A stretch of DNA of 64,000 nucleotides from Lama glama (Eukaryota), in the NCBI GenBank assembly GCA_028534125.1, contig CM052816.1, positions 20,524,001-20,588,000 on the forward strand, written 5' to 3'. How positions within the stretch are numbered: the stretch's first letter is position 1; each line of letters starts with the position of its first letter. The position numbers and the translations under genes were made by a program. A model generated the notes under the pieces. That model ran no database searches. It saw nothing but the letters and a program-made list of their open reading frames with translations, and was not told the DNA's origin. Shown piece by piece: positions 35,601-47,742 of the stretch.

Positions 35601-36970
35601 CCTGGTTATCAGGCACTAGCTGTGCCCAGGACACCACCCTGGATGCCGTGCACCTTGTGTCTCAGTTTCCAGGGAGACGTAGGTAGCACTGAAGATGGGG
35701 ACCAGCTCCCCTGCAGCCTCACTGAGCTTAGAATGAGAAGAAAGTTCGGCAGGAAGAGTTGAGCTGAGCCTGAAGTCTTTGCTTTACTGTGGAGTAGGTC
35801 ATGCCACCCCCCGAGGCGAGATTTCTCTAGAAATTCTGTCCTCCCTAAACCCCTATATGTGGACGCCACGCTGTGAAAGCATATCTAGGAAGTAGCCCTA
35901 GACTGGAGGCAGAGGCCGGGCCTCGCTGACCTCTTGACCCCAGACCCGCTTGGGTGGCCATCACATCAGGCTTTTGACAGTGGCCTCATCCCAAGTGTGC
36001 CAGGTCAGTCCTGATCCCAGACTCACAGAGGCCCTAGGAGGGACCCACTATGCATGACTAGGAGCCACGTTGTCCAGTCCTGACTGGCAGGCCAAGCAAT
36101 GCTCCCCATCGCTAGCGCCCTGCAGACCGGGGGCTCTGGTGCTGCCTCCTGGCCAACTGCTGAGCGACTGATGTGCTTTGATGTGCCACCTCTACAAAAC
36201 ACACCATTGATTTTTTTTTTCTTTTCAAATTGGAGCCTTTCCAGTAGCATCCAGAAACTATAGGAACAGAGCACTAGATTAGAGCATGTTGGACAGGCAG
36301 AGTTATCTTCTCTTGAGAGGGAATCAACAGCTGCCCCTACTGGGAGGAGAAGTGTCTAAAGAAACAGGACCGGGAAGGCTTCTCAGAGCTGGAACTGGAA
36401 GATAAATCCGCTGAGAGAGTGAGGTCACAGGCGGAAGGTCCGCCTGCCCCAGCTTGTTGGTAGTGCATCCGGGCAGGTGAGCAGTGCGCAAGACAGGGCA
36501 CAGAGGCCGGGGTGGGGGGCAAGGTCACTTTCCCCCGTCCCTGCTGTACTCTGAGGGACCTGGGGAAAATCACATCCATGTCCCAGTTCTGGTTTATTCA
36601 TCTTTAAAGACTGGGGTTGAATTCAGTGGCCGAGATCTGTTCCTATCATGCCAGCATTTGCATGACCTCCCATCATTTGTCTATAGGCTGATTCTAAAAG
36701 TTGAGGACAAATAAATTACATTTATATTACTATGACTATGACACACTGTTCCATGGAGAATCAAATGATGTACTAGTTTTTCATTTCATTCTCTGTGTTC
36801 ACAGCATAGTGACCCCTCATGTCACTCAGTGAAGACTGATTTCTGGCATCAGGTTCAGACAGAGTCCCCCTTTTTCACCCTCCATCAGTTGCCTTTCACA
36901 TAGCCCCACATTCATTCACACTGTCTCTTCTATCATCTGTTGTTTCTTTTGCCTCAAGTCCTCTTGGGTG

Positions 36971-37022
36971 TGTTGTTGTTGTTGTTGTTGTTTTTGTTGT
37001 TGTTGTTGTTGTTGTTGTTGTT
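36971..37022. repeat. (GTT)n microsatellite, about 17 units with one interruption
   Basis: tgttgttgttgtt...tttttgttgtt...gtt. Confidence 0.97.
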
Positions 37023-37219
37023 ACACCACTCCTCCCAGGATGTTCTGACTGCCTTTCTTGGCTCACACCTTCCTTTTGCTGGGGAACACCCATATGTAAC
37101 TTCCAAAGAAAGCATATATAGGAGTTTGACTTTCTACTCCTCAAATGTCTGAAAATGCTTTTATTCTGTCTTCATACTTGACAGATTGGATGTAGAATTA
37201 CAGTTGAAAATTTCCCTTC

Positions 37220-37554
37220 TAATAGTCAAGGTGGGATAACTCAAATACCAGCAGCACCGAAGAGTCTACTGTGCGCTCACATCACAGCCTGCTCCTTCCT
37301 CCTTCATACTGGGACGTTCTCTGCCCCAAACAGTAATTCGGAGACCCAGACAGAGTCCTACATTGGGGCCTCCAAGGGCACTGGAGACAAGAACAAAAGA
37401 GTAGGGACAAGGCTCACCCGCTCTTAACTGAGCCAGCCCAGGGGTGACGTATCATTCTATCCACACCTTCTCTGTGAGAATGAGTCAGATCGCCCCGTCT
37501 AGCTTCAAGGGTGATGGGAAGTGTGCTTTATACAGGCTTGTAGAGAGAACCACA
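37220..37554 (-). mobile_element. MaLR MLT1I/J-like solo LTR with 5-bp TSD
   Basis: Internal motifs (ggagacccagac; gagaatgagtcagatcgcccc...caagggtgatgggaagtgt), ends in ...ccaca; CCTTC at 37215-37219 and 37555-37559. Confidence 0.7.
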
Positions 37555-37691
37555 CCTTCGTACTTTAAAAGGTATCATATTCAAGCAAGAAGTGTGCCTG
37601 ATAACAAGTCCAATTAGACTGATTTTTGTTCCTTGTGGCTGACTCCATTTTAATCTGTCTGGAAGCTCTTAGGATAATCTCTTTATTTCCT

Positions 37692-37757
37692 TTAAGGTCC
37701 ATGAGAGCAGAAAGTTTGTCTCACTAGTTTATCTCCACTGTCTCTGCCTGGCATATA
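37692..37757 (+). mobile_element. L2 3'-terminal fragment
   Basis: taaggtccatgagagcagaaagtttgtct...cactgtctctgcctggcata. Confidence 0.55.
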
Positions 37758-37758
37758 A

Positions 37759-37899
37759 AGGGCTGGGATTAGGGTGAGGTGCCTGAGACCCTCACTTCCA
37801 GCACAAAAGCTCACTGATCAAGATGAGTATTTAATGCAAAATTTTACAAAATAAAAATTATTACAAAAAATTCACAATGAACAAAGTAAAAATTGATAT
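37759..37899. mobile_element. MER96B-like hAT-Tip100 DNA transposon fragment
   Basis: agggctgggattagggtgagg...tcactgatcaagatgagtatttaatgcaaaatttt...aaaaaattcacaatgaacaaa. Confidence 0.75.
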
Positions 37900-38929
37900 T
37901 CTTGGTGTTATAAAATTTTACATGTGCCTGGCTTTGTGGACCCTTCTGTGGGCTCTTCAATCTAAAGACACATATCCTTCCTCAAGTGAAAGCTATTTCA
38001 AGGTTTTTTTGAAACAATTTCCTCTTCTTAGTTTTCTCTTCTGTCCTTCTGGAAATCTTACTTGGATATATAACCTCCTGGACCAATATTTTCTGTCACA
38101 CCTTTTCTCTCAATTTGAGTATTGAACTTCTTATCTCTTGGATTGTACTTTCAATTTCCAAGCACACTGTCTCATTCTCTGATTTCCAGAAGTGATGTCT
38201 TGAAACTGTTTGAGGATACTGGTTAGTCATTGTTGGTTTTCTGTTTGAATTCTGCTTGTACCTTTAGTGGTCTTCTGTCACATGGATTATCTTTGTGTGT
38301 TGTTCCCTTTAATTGCCCTTTTTTTATTGATCTGTTTCCCAGTTGCTCTGTCTGCTTCAGGTTGTAGGTCTGGTGATTCTTGGTTGACTGTCCAAATGTG
38401 AGAATGCAGAAGGTACAAGTGAAGGGGAGCTTCGCTTCCAGGCAGGGCTTGTCAGCTAGCAGTTCCCACTTTAGGATGAGCAGGCTGTGAGCCAGGCATC
38501 ATGCTGGGTGGTGCCAGGTGCCCGAGTGAGGAGGACGCCGACACCCATGTTAACCGCTGTGGCTCTCCTCAGGCAGTTCAGTCCATTTCCTTACAGAATA
38601 ACCCTCTGGGTGTCTTTCTGCATGAGGGTTTGTATATGAGAAGCTCCATACACAAAGCTGCTCGCCGTGCCCCTGGGGGAGGGGTCGTGCTGCTGTGGGC
38701 GGAGGTGTCCTCCACCCTGCTCACCAGCGAATGTTCTTCCAGAAATGTCTTCAGATCCCTTGCTCACTGAGGGTGCCTCTCCATTTTCTTCATTTCTGTG
38801 ATTTATTCTTTTAAGATCATTTTCGTTGAGGCTCAGGAGGAGAAGGGAATAAATGCATGTGTCTACTTGTCATTCTGAACTCTTCTTTTGTTTCTAACCT
38901 GTTTGGAAGATCTGGCCTTCTGGTATTTG

Positions 38930-39735
38930 TATTTGGCATCCCGAGCTTAACATGCCCAAAACAAAGCTCTGCCAGCCCTCAGAAGTATCTGCTTGTCCTC
39001 TGGTCATGCCCACCTCAGCAAACAGCACTAAAGTCCACACACTTGCTTAAATGGAAAACTGAGTCGTCTGTCATTCCTCCCTTTCCCCTCTCCAGCATCA
39101 AGTCCTTGGGCTCTACCTTCTGTGTTTGTATCTCAAATTTTCCCTCATCTCGACCCCCACTGCCACCAATCTAGACAAGCCAAGACTCTGATCCCCGGCG
39201 CACTGGGCCCCCTCCTTCCGTTCTTACCCCCACAGCCCTTTCTTCCTGTGGCAAAGTGACGACCTAACACGTAACCCCATCTCATCTCTCCCGTGCCCTT
39301 TCAGTAAAATCCAACCCCTTCCTCCCACCCCTAGGCCCTTCTGCATGAGCTAGCTCCTTCCGACCTCCAGGCCTCAGCATGTCCCCACTCTCCTCTGCCT
39401 CTGGCTCCAGACACTCTGGCCTCATCCAAGGAGCCAGGCTCCCTCTGCCCCCAGCCCCCCACACGACACCCGCTTTCTCATCCTTAGGCACTGCTCAGAG
39501 TCTACTCCAAGTCCACTCCTTTCTTATCCCTGTACCTATTCGTTTTCTTTGAAGCCCTTATCCAGTTCATATTTACATACAAATGATGTGTGTGTTTACT
39601 ACGTTATTGGTGGGTAGTGTGCTGGACCCCAGGTACCCAGAGGGTAGGAATCGTGCTGGTTTTCTTCTCCACTGTGTATTCAGCCTGCATGGTACCCCAC
39701 ACAGTGGTGCTCACCTCAGGTTTAAAGGGTGGATA
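38930..39735 (+). mobile_element. L2 LINE
   Basis: ggcatcccgagcttaacatgcccaaaac; cacctcagcaaacagcac; cccactgccaccaatctagacaagcc; agtaaaatccaacccctt; gctccagacactctggcct. Confidence 0.8.
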
Positions 39736-41839
39736 CAGGAGGAAGGGAGCAGATGCTCAGCACGGATGGGTCTCAACCCAGCGTTTGGGTTACGCTGGGC
39801 CCCTGGGCTGTTGTCTTAGCCTTGGGCTGAGCTTTCTGGCAAATTTCCTGACTCCATAACAACCCTGGCCATGGCGGCTCGTGGTCCTCAGAACTGGAGT
39901 TGTTGGCTCTCTCAGCCCACAAAGGAGAAACCAGTACCTGGCTGTCCTTCCAGCTTTTTCACATTCTGATCCAGAGCTGTCTTTCCAAGCTTGCCTCCAT
40001 CTGCTCTCCTCTGCCTCCTGCCCTTTGACCTAGTGACACCACCAACCACCCTCAGACACATCTGCGTCTACAAATCTGTGCATTTGTTCAATTTGAAATG
40101 CCCTCTCTTTCATACCTCTTTCAAATCCTGCCCACCCCTTAGAGCCTCTGAGGAGGTCTCCTGAATCCTTGCACCTGTAGGGACTCTCTCAGCGCTTCCC
40201 TGCATCTTATTATATCTTGTAGGTCATCCTGCCCTGCACTTGGGCATTGATTAAGTAGGTGTGTTTACCCTGAGCTATGGGATCTGAGAGGTGAGATTGG
40301 TCATGGATAGCCACTGAGAGCCCCTTGGTAGACGTTACAATACAGGGAGCAGATAAGGGGAGTTTACCTGGTGCTGGTGCATGAGGGAATCTCAAAGCTG
40401 TAACCTGGAGGCGGGCCTGGGAGTGCAGCTTACTGAATCGCAAACCTGGTGCCTGAGTCGAGGCACTGCTGTTAGGATGCCAGTGTGGCTAGGGCTGTAA
40501 GCGGTGGCGCTTCCATAGCTCTGTGTCCTGTGCCTTAGCGGGCAACTTTAGTAAGATTCTCTAAGAAGCTTCCTGTGTGCCTCCGTGGGAAAACAAAGGG
40601 AGTGACAGAGCCACATTCACCCTCTTACGTCTTTAACTCATCACCATCCCTTGTACTGCTTGTTAGCTGCTTGCTAGAGGAATAAACTGAATTGCAGACG
40701 GCTACGAACCGAGTCCAGGTATCATTGCCAGCTGTCCTGGTTGGTGGTCCTGGAGTCCGGTCTCACTCAGTAGGACAGCGTCATCTGCAGTCCATGCATG
40801 ACACTCTGGGACAGTAACACCCACGTGGCACTGAGGAAGGCCCTCAGGGCCCCTGGTGGTGCCAGAGGTATGGAGCTAGGTGGGTGAGTACCACTCCTGG
40901 CTCACCAGGGCAGAAAGTAGCCTCTTACTTTCATCTTTCAGCAGGAGGAGTCTCTCAGGGGTGTGGAGTGGGGTGCCTGGCACCCGCACGCCTTTCTCTT
41001 GCCGAGACACCTGCCTGTGACACTGCAGGCAGATTGCTCTGTAAATGATGGGCCTGGAAGCAGTCTGCTAGGCGTGCCTGTGCACTTGGAGGCTGTTCCC
41101 TATGAGTGCCCCATTCCGAAGGCAATTAGTCTAATTGCTTTTGTTATTTCAGAAAACAAATTAAACCACCCAAGTGTTTCAGGGCAGAAAAATGTCTGCA
41201 ATGTATAAGAAACATTTCAGGAGCATTTAGTTCACAGCCAGTGGTGTCTGAGCTAACAGGCATAAGGGAGGCCTAAGGAACAGGGCACTTAGGAGGTTGG
41301 GACCATTTTGGGTGAGCAGCGTGCCCCGTGGGGGCTGTGGTTGGGGGAGTCTCTGCTGCTGGCCGCCTCCGAGTGTCCTCAGGGTCTGACTGTGGCCTGG
41401 GAGCCGTCCTGCTCCCTGTGGATGCTGTGTCCTCCTGCTCATCCCCCTTGCCACTGCCTGGACCCACGCCCACCCCTGGGGGCCTGGATCACTAGAGTAG
41501 CCACTAGCTGAGCCACCTCCCTCCCAGCCCCCAACTCACAGCTTACCCTGGGCATACCTGAAACACAAATAACCCAAACTGGATCCTAACTCCCCACTTC
41601 TGAACAGCTTTGTGACTTCCTGTAAGCTACCAGACAGCCGTTAGCACCGGGGAGCTGGAAGCCAGCCTCCACCTGCAGGCCTTGGAACGTCGTCTTGTTT
41701 CATCCTGCTTTGCTCTGTGCTTCGTGTCCCAGTGGGATGTGATGCTCACACACACACTCACGCACATACATGCGCTCTGACCGTAGACTGCTCCCCGTCC
41801 CTCAGCCTTCAGGCCCAGCATCCGTGCCTTGTGACGTTT

Positions 41840-42100
41840 CCCTAACACGGCGGGAGGAGTTAGGTATTTTCTCCTTCCTGCCGTCTGGGCCTAGACCTGG
41901 AGCTCATCGCACGTTTGCTGTGCCGTATCCGTTTGTCTCTCTGTTGCCCTCTCCAGGCTGAAAGCCACTGAGAGAGCAGGGTCCTTGCTTTGTTTGCCTT
42001 CTTCTCCTGGCCTGTGGCAAGAGATCTGTTACTCAGAGAGAATTCAGTACACATTGGATGGATAAATGCATAGATGGGTGGATGGATGGACAGTGGATTA
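41840..42100 (+). mobile_element. L2 3' end with (TGGA)n tail
   Basis: ggctgaaagccactgagagagcagggtccttgctttgttt...ttggatggataaatgcatagatgggtggatggatgga. Confidence 0.65.
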
Positions 42101-42589
42101 ATGAGTAGCCTGGAGGATTGGTAAATTCTCTTGTCCCAGGGAGTTCTAGCCCAGCTCAAATTCAGGAGCTACCCCAGGAGAGAAGAAAGATGGATTGATT
42201 CAGTTAGGGATTCTGTTCTCCACCCAGCACCACCCTTTCCTGTGTGAGGAGCAGAACATGGTGAGAAACTTGTTCAAAGAGTGGGTCAGCATTGGGTAAC
42301 AGAGGCTGTGTCCTATTTCCTTTCACTCTAAACGAAGTAACGTTCACAAGTTAGCCTTTCTCCCTGCTCCCCAGCTGAAAACTGAGCAAACCCCCACCTC
42401 ATCTCTCCCTTAAGCACTGGAGCCTGGTTAGCGTAGGGGCGGAGGTCTGGTCTTGTGGACAATCAGCCTCCCCCTTCGGTGTCCCTACAGGAAGATCCCG
42501 AAACACAGAACCATTCATCCATTTAAACTTCTCCCTGAAGATATGTTGGGAAAACAGAGGAGGATGCCGCCAGAAGGTCTGTCCTGTTC

Positions 42590-42775
42590 TCAGGACTCAC
42601 GGGGCTCTACAATCCGGACACAGATCACCAGCATCACAGTCACTTGGGAGGGTTTCTGAAAAGTCAGCTTCAGGGGCCCTGCCCCAGTCCTGGTGAATCA
42701 GTCTCTGAGGTGAGTATTTTAAACTATCGCCCCTGGAGATTCGTATGCAAGAGAAGGTTTAGATGCATGCCTGAG
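42590..42775. mobile_element. MER5-family hAT-Charlie DNA transposon
   Basis: ccagcatcacagtcacttgggagg...caggggcccctgccccag...tgaatcagtctctgaggtg...attttaaac...ccctggagattcgtatgca. Confidence 0.75.
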
Positions 42776-45060
42776 AGATTCCAGTGGCAGTTGGAGAAGA
42801 ATTTTCAATGACAGAAACTTGAGTCACATACATCGTTCTCCCTGCCTTAGGCCCCAGACCTGGCCTCTTGGAAACCCGCCCACAGGCTCAGCTGCCTGCA
42901 CCTCCTTGCTTTGATCTGCTTCTCCTGCCCCTACAGAAGCACATGCTCATCCCACATACTCGAAACTACCTTGTGTCTTCAACCTTCAACCATCAATATA
43001 ATGACTTGGAAACACCGTATCCCCCGTGGAAGGTGTTTTAGTCACGCTTGTCTGCGTGCCATTTCATCCTTAAGGCTTTGTTCTTCCCACCATCAGCAGA
43101 CATTCAGATCACACTGGGCTGTCACACAACCTGGCCTGAGTCTCAGGCCCCACGCTGAGGCCCGGCAGGAGATGATATGCTCCCTGGAGCCGTGGTGGCA
43201 CCTTCCCTGACACTGCTGGGCCAGTGCTCCCCCGTGTGAGGGGCCAGTGGGTGTGATCTCACTGCCTCTTCCCGGAGCAGGAACCCACTGGTTCTGGGTT
43301 GCACACACCCAGGAACTCAGGCTCTCTGCCCCGGCTAGTTTGCCCCTCCCCTAAATCCCCCCTGCTTCCCATGCTTGAGCCCTGACCCTGCCGGGGTCTT
43401 GAAGGACATGTGGCTTGGGGCTGCCCTCAGGAAGCTCACTCCCTATCTAGGGAGAACGTGTCACATGGGGAGCAGCAAGGAGTCCTACTAGACAGCACAG
43501 GGTGCCTTCCATGTTTCTGTGGAGCGGTCCTGTGGCCTCAGGGGAGATGAGTGGGCTCAGCTGCATAAGAAGGCAACCAGAACTGGAGCCCAACTTTGAC
43601 GGGTGGATGGGAAGTGGAGTGGGTGCTCTGGCTGGAGGTAGTGATGGGCTTAGGAGGGAACGGGCAGGGCAGAGGCTGCGGAGGACAGCACGGTGGCACC
43701 TGGGACTGGCAGTGAGAGGCCCGACTGCCTCGTGGGCACATGGTCATTTCACCCAGGGCGGGGGAGATGCCCACAGGTGGGCTTCACTACACAGACTATC
43801 CAGAGAAGGCAGGCCCTGGAAAGGTGTGATTGAAATGACTGGTTCACTCAGCAACATTTCATAGGAAAAGCATGAAACAAGAAAATGGCTTCTTTCACAT
43901 AACCTTTGAGAACTTCCCCCAACAAACCGTGCAGCTGGGGTCACCTTCTCCCTGGCTCCAGGCCCTGAAGTCACAGCCCCCACCTCCTGTACCGCAGCTG
44001 CTCTCGCTGTCTGGGGTCGGGATGCAGGTTCCACTGTGGGGGCGGCAGCTGCTGGGCAGAGAGGGGCAGAGGTCCCTGGAGCCGGGGCCACAGCAGCCAC
44101 GGGGACTTGCCTACCAGGCTGGTGATGTTTTGCTATAAAACTAGTAAATAATTTTCTTTTGTGAAAAGAGACCTATTTTCTATGCTCAACCTGAAAATTT
44201 TAAGCTTGGTTATGGATTTTTTTTTTTTTAGGGCATTTGGTGTTGGGGATGTGACTGTCTTTCTCATTACTGAACCAGAAAAACCTGCATATAGAGTCCA
44301 GGTAGAGCCACAGATAGACTCATGCTCAGACGTGGCCAAGGCAGGTCCCATGCAGTGCCTGTGTTGTGCCAGTGTGGGAGGAGAGCTGCTTTAACATCCC
44401 TGAGGCAAGTGTGCACCGTCAGGAGCAGCGTTTCTAGGGAGAACATCTGGGGAGACCCTGGAGACGGGAGACAGTTGTGACCCGTCAGTGAGTGCACACT
44501 CCCTGCCCAGTGTCTGTCCCATGGGGAGGTGAGTGGAGCTGAATTTAGAACAATGACTCGATACAGACATGGTGGAATTGTTTGGTGCACGAAGGCTTGG
44601 GCTGCCCTGCAGCAAATTGTTGATGACAGGCGTCAGTCCTTCCCTCGTCAGCCTCCATGTGTCGTTTTGGTCCGTTCTATCCCCTTACCTGCCTTCAGGT
44701 GCTCACTGCCTTAGTTGATTAATTTAGGCTTGTGGGCAGCCGTTTGTATTCATCCTCTCATCATTTGCTCTCAGGAAAGGGCATCAGCCATTCACAACCT
44801 TAGTGTGTATTAATTGGACTCCTTGACACAAGATATTTGCACTTTAAACCTTCATCCTCATTCTGGTATGGAAAGCCCTGTTCCTTATTTATGTAAAGAT
44901 TTTGTACCAGGAGGTTGAGAGACCTGGACGAGATGAGAGAGGAGATGGTGCTTTGGGTAACAGGCCTCTTCTGCACGTTGCTGCCCGGGCCTGAACCACC
45001 AGGAAGCAAGCGGCAGTGTGGGTGCGCTGGGGGGGAGTGCTGGGGAGTGCTCGGGAGGCG

Positions 45061-45386
45061 TTGTTCTAACACTTGTTAAAAACAGCAAGGAAGATTTCAT
45101 TCAAGACTACTCCAATAGGGGAGAGAGAGACTGACCTCAACTCCAAACAACAGGGACAAGCAGGGATTTATAGCCAGCAGGCAGAGTGAGGACAGGGATG
45201 GAAAACTACTGAGCGGGCCTGGGTGAGGTATCAAGGGTGTTTGGGGAAAGGAGCTGGAGAGAATATCGAGAGCGCGGGGATTATTAGAAGAATTCTTTCC
45301 TAAAACGAGGCTCAGCAGGCCAAGGTCAAGGCCTAGTGGAGACAAGGACTCAAGAGCCTGGCTGAGGTCTGGTTAAGTCTTTGTCA
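45061..45386 (-). mobile_element. MER31-like ERV1 solo LTR
   Basis: The reverse strand begins tgacaaagac...ctaggccttgaccttggcc, contains a TATA element (ggctataaatccc) and ends gtcttgaatgaaatcttccttgctgtttttaacaagtgtt. Confidence 0.8.
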
Positions 45387-45609
45387 CCAGGTGTTCATGG
45401 GAGAACGTGACCCACAAGACCCAGCGCGCTGTCACTAAGTATGCTGGAGAGGCCCCTGGCTGTTGAGTTCTGGTTGGGTCCCCATGCCTAGTAATCATGG
45501 TTTAATTCCTGAGACACTGGGCAGAAGTCCAGGCCAGACCCTGTTTGTTTGTAAGCCCAGGAGAGCAAAGGATCCCTGGAGCGTGTCTCCCATCCCCGAG
45601 ACCCTGCGC

Positions 45610-45935
45610 TCTCAGGTTACAGACTCAAAGTGGCCCAAGCGCTAGGGAAAGATAGTTTTCACACCTTGCTGTGGGTCGGGCAGGCCCTAGGCTCCAACCA
45701 TCAATAATGCCGTTAAGAACCAGACTCCGTCACCCTTCCACTCCCTGGGGACTGGCTCTGCCATCTGTCTTGTCCCTGCAGGAGTCACAGCAGACATTAC
45801 AATATCCACGGGAGCAAAAGGCTGTCTCTTTGTAATCCTCCTTCAGTGCCCGGAGCACTGCCCCTCACCCTTCATTGGTTGGAGTGGGATATGTGCCCCT
45901 TTCTGAACCAACCATTGGCATGGAAATGGGATTTC
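45610..45935 (-). mobile_element. MaLR MLT1J/K-like LTR
   Basis: cagactcaaagtggcccaag...tcaataatgccgttaagaaccagactc...tcattggttggagtgggatatgtgcccctttctgaaccaaccattggc. Confidence 0.7.
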
Positions 45936-47634
45936 AGGAATGTCTTTAATCATGTGGGTGAAAAGGAAGTTGTGGAGTCAACCGTCGCATCCTCGTGTGC
46001 TATATGCAGTCCACTCAAGGTGAAGGGAATTCCGAGCCACAGCGTGCAGTGTTAATAGACTGAGTCGAGGCTGAGTAAGGTGTTAACAGCAAAGGGGTGC
46101 AGAGCTCAGCAGTGCTTCTTAGGGGCCCCCCTGGGTGTTAGGGAGAAGGGAGTGCTGAGTCCCAGGCCTTGCCCCTTAGGGTTGTGTGTGCCAGGCCTGC
46201 ACGTTGGCACCCAGTTGGCCCCTTACTTGGCCAGCTTTCACTCTGAGATGGTTCCAGCTGCCATCAGAGCCTCAGAGATCGGAGGGGAGTTTGTAGGAGC
46301 AAATGTCACCGGCTGTCTGGCCCCAGTGGGGATGTGGCTGAGAGGAGCTGTGTCTGCCTTTCTCCATGCCCACCACCCCCTTCTCAGCTGTGAGTGACCC
46401 AGGACAAGGCCAGATGATCTGTGGAAGTAGACGTCCCACCTGCTGCCTCTCGCACGGTGGCTGGCAGAGGGATCTCAGAGAGGTGCTTGCCAGGTCTCTT
46501 CTTCCAAACCTGCATAGGTAGAGCTTCCCTCATTCTTGCTGGGAGCTGGAAGTGTCTGAGGTGTGCTTATGAAAATGTGTAATTATTTTCTTCTTTGAAC
46601 ATTCCGGGTCATTTGGTTTTTCCTTTTAAATGTGTTGGGGGTGAAGGGGCAGAGCTCTCAAATGAAAAAAATTTACAAGATTTATTACCCAGGCTGATCA
46701 AATGGCATAGTAAATCACCTAAATGGTATAAAATGCTCAGATATAAATAGCATAGCAGTGAACAGGGTGAACCCCCGGCCCATCTCCAAGGGCACCGGTG
46801 TGAAATGTGTGAACCCCCAGATTTGTCTCATCTGTCACCTGCAGGGTCTGTAGCCTGTAACTACAGTAGAATTTCTTTGAAAACTTGACTTTTTTTTTTT
46901 TTTTTTTTTGGTTTCGGGGAAAAGAAATCAAATCTGCATTCATCCCAAGATGTTTCAAGGACAGATTTGCAGCAGGAAACGTTGGTGAACTAAAACTGGG
47001 AGATTACACTATGGAGCTGGGATATGGGACAGGAAATTTGTAAATGCCCCAGTAAACTACTTAGGAATTTAATTTAGTCCCTTGCAAGAGACCAAACTGC
47101 TGAGAATGTGAGAATCACCCATTGTTCTTGAAGAACCGCTTCTGAAGGCAATCAGTCTATTATGACAGGGGAGGATGGATGGTGGGTCCCAATATTGAGA
47201 CACAGGACTGAAGCCCACACTAGCTATGGCATCTTCCCCTTAGAATGGAAATTTTAATAGAAAAGCAGTGTCAACAGATGAAATTTGAGTAAGTGATTTT
47301 GCAAGCAGTCCACAATTCACAGGAGGGTTTTGTTCCCAGCAGTCTGGCGCCTGTTGTGAGGCCATTGTTTGGACCTTTGGAAGCCAGAATGCACTTTTTT
47401 TCCACAGACATATTCCCTGGAATGGGGGTTCATTTCTAGACGAGGGTTCAAAACTTTATTTAACCCTTAATGTAGCTAAAAATACCCTACACATGTGGTT
47501 AATATCAGAGACCCCAGTGTTATAAGTAAAACAGTAAGACTGAAGAGGAAATTGGGTTTTTTTCTTGATTGGTGTAACCTGAAGGAAGGTGAGAAGCTAA
47601 CCTCAGCATACAAGTGTAGGAGGGGTTTGAGTGA

Positions 47635-47742
47635 TAGTTGAGTTCAAGTCCTCCTTTGTCAAATGAGGAAACTGAGGTTCAGAGAGGTGCGGTATTTGGC
47701 CCAAGGTCACACAGCCCATGAGACTAGAACCTAGGCCTTCCC
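47635..47742 (-). mobile_element. MIR core
   Basis: aaatgaggaaactgaggttcagagagg...tttggcccaaggtcacacagc. Confidence 0.85.

Larger units (their letters stand above)
36890..38410 (-). mobile_element. HAL1/L1M ORF1-type element, ancient, split by nested insertions
   Basis: aaaatgcttttattctgtcttcatacttga...tctggaagctcttaggataatctctttat | cttggtgttataaaatttt...gtgggctcttcaatct reads as one antisense ORF1-like sequence across the insertions. Confidence 0.7.

Noticed and set aside
36330..36480. Charged frame EEKCLKKQDREGFSELELEDKSAER near a GTGAG donor
   Set aside because: Weak GAG acceptor, in-frame stops on both sides, and no recognisable protein
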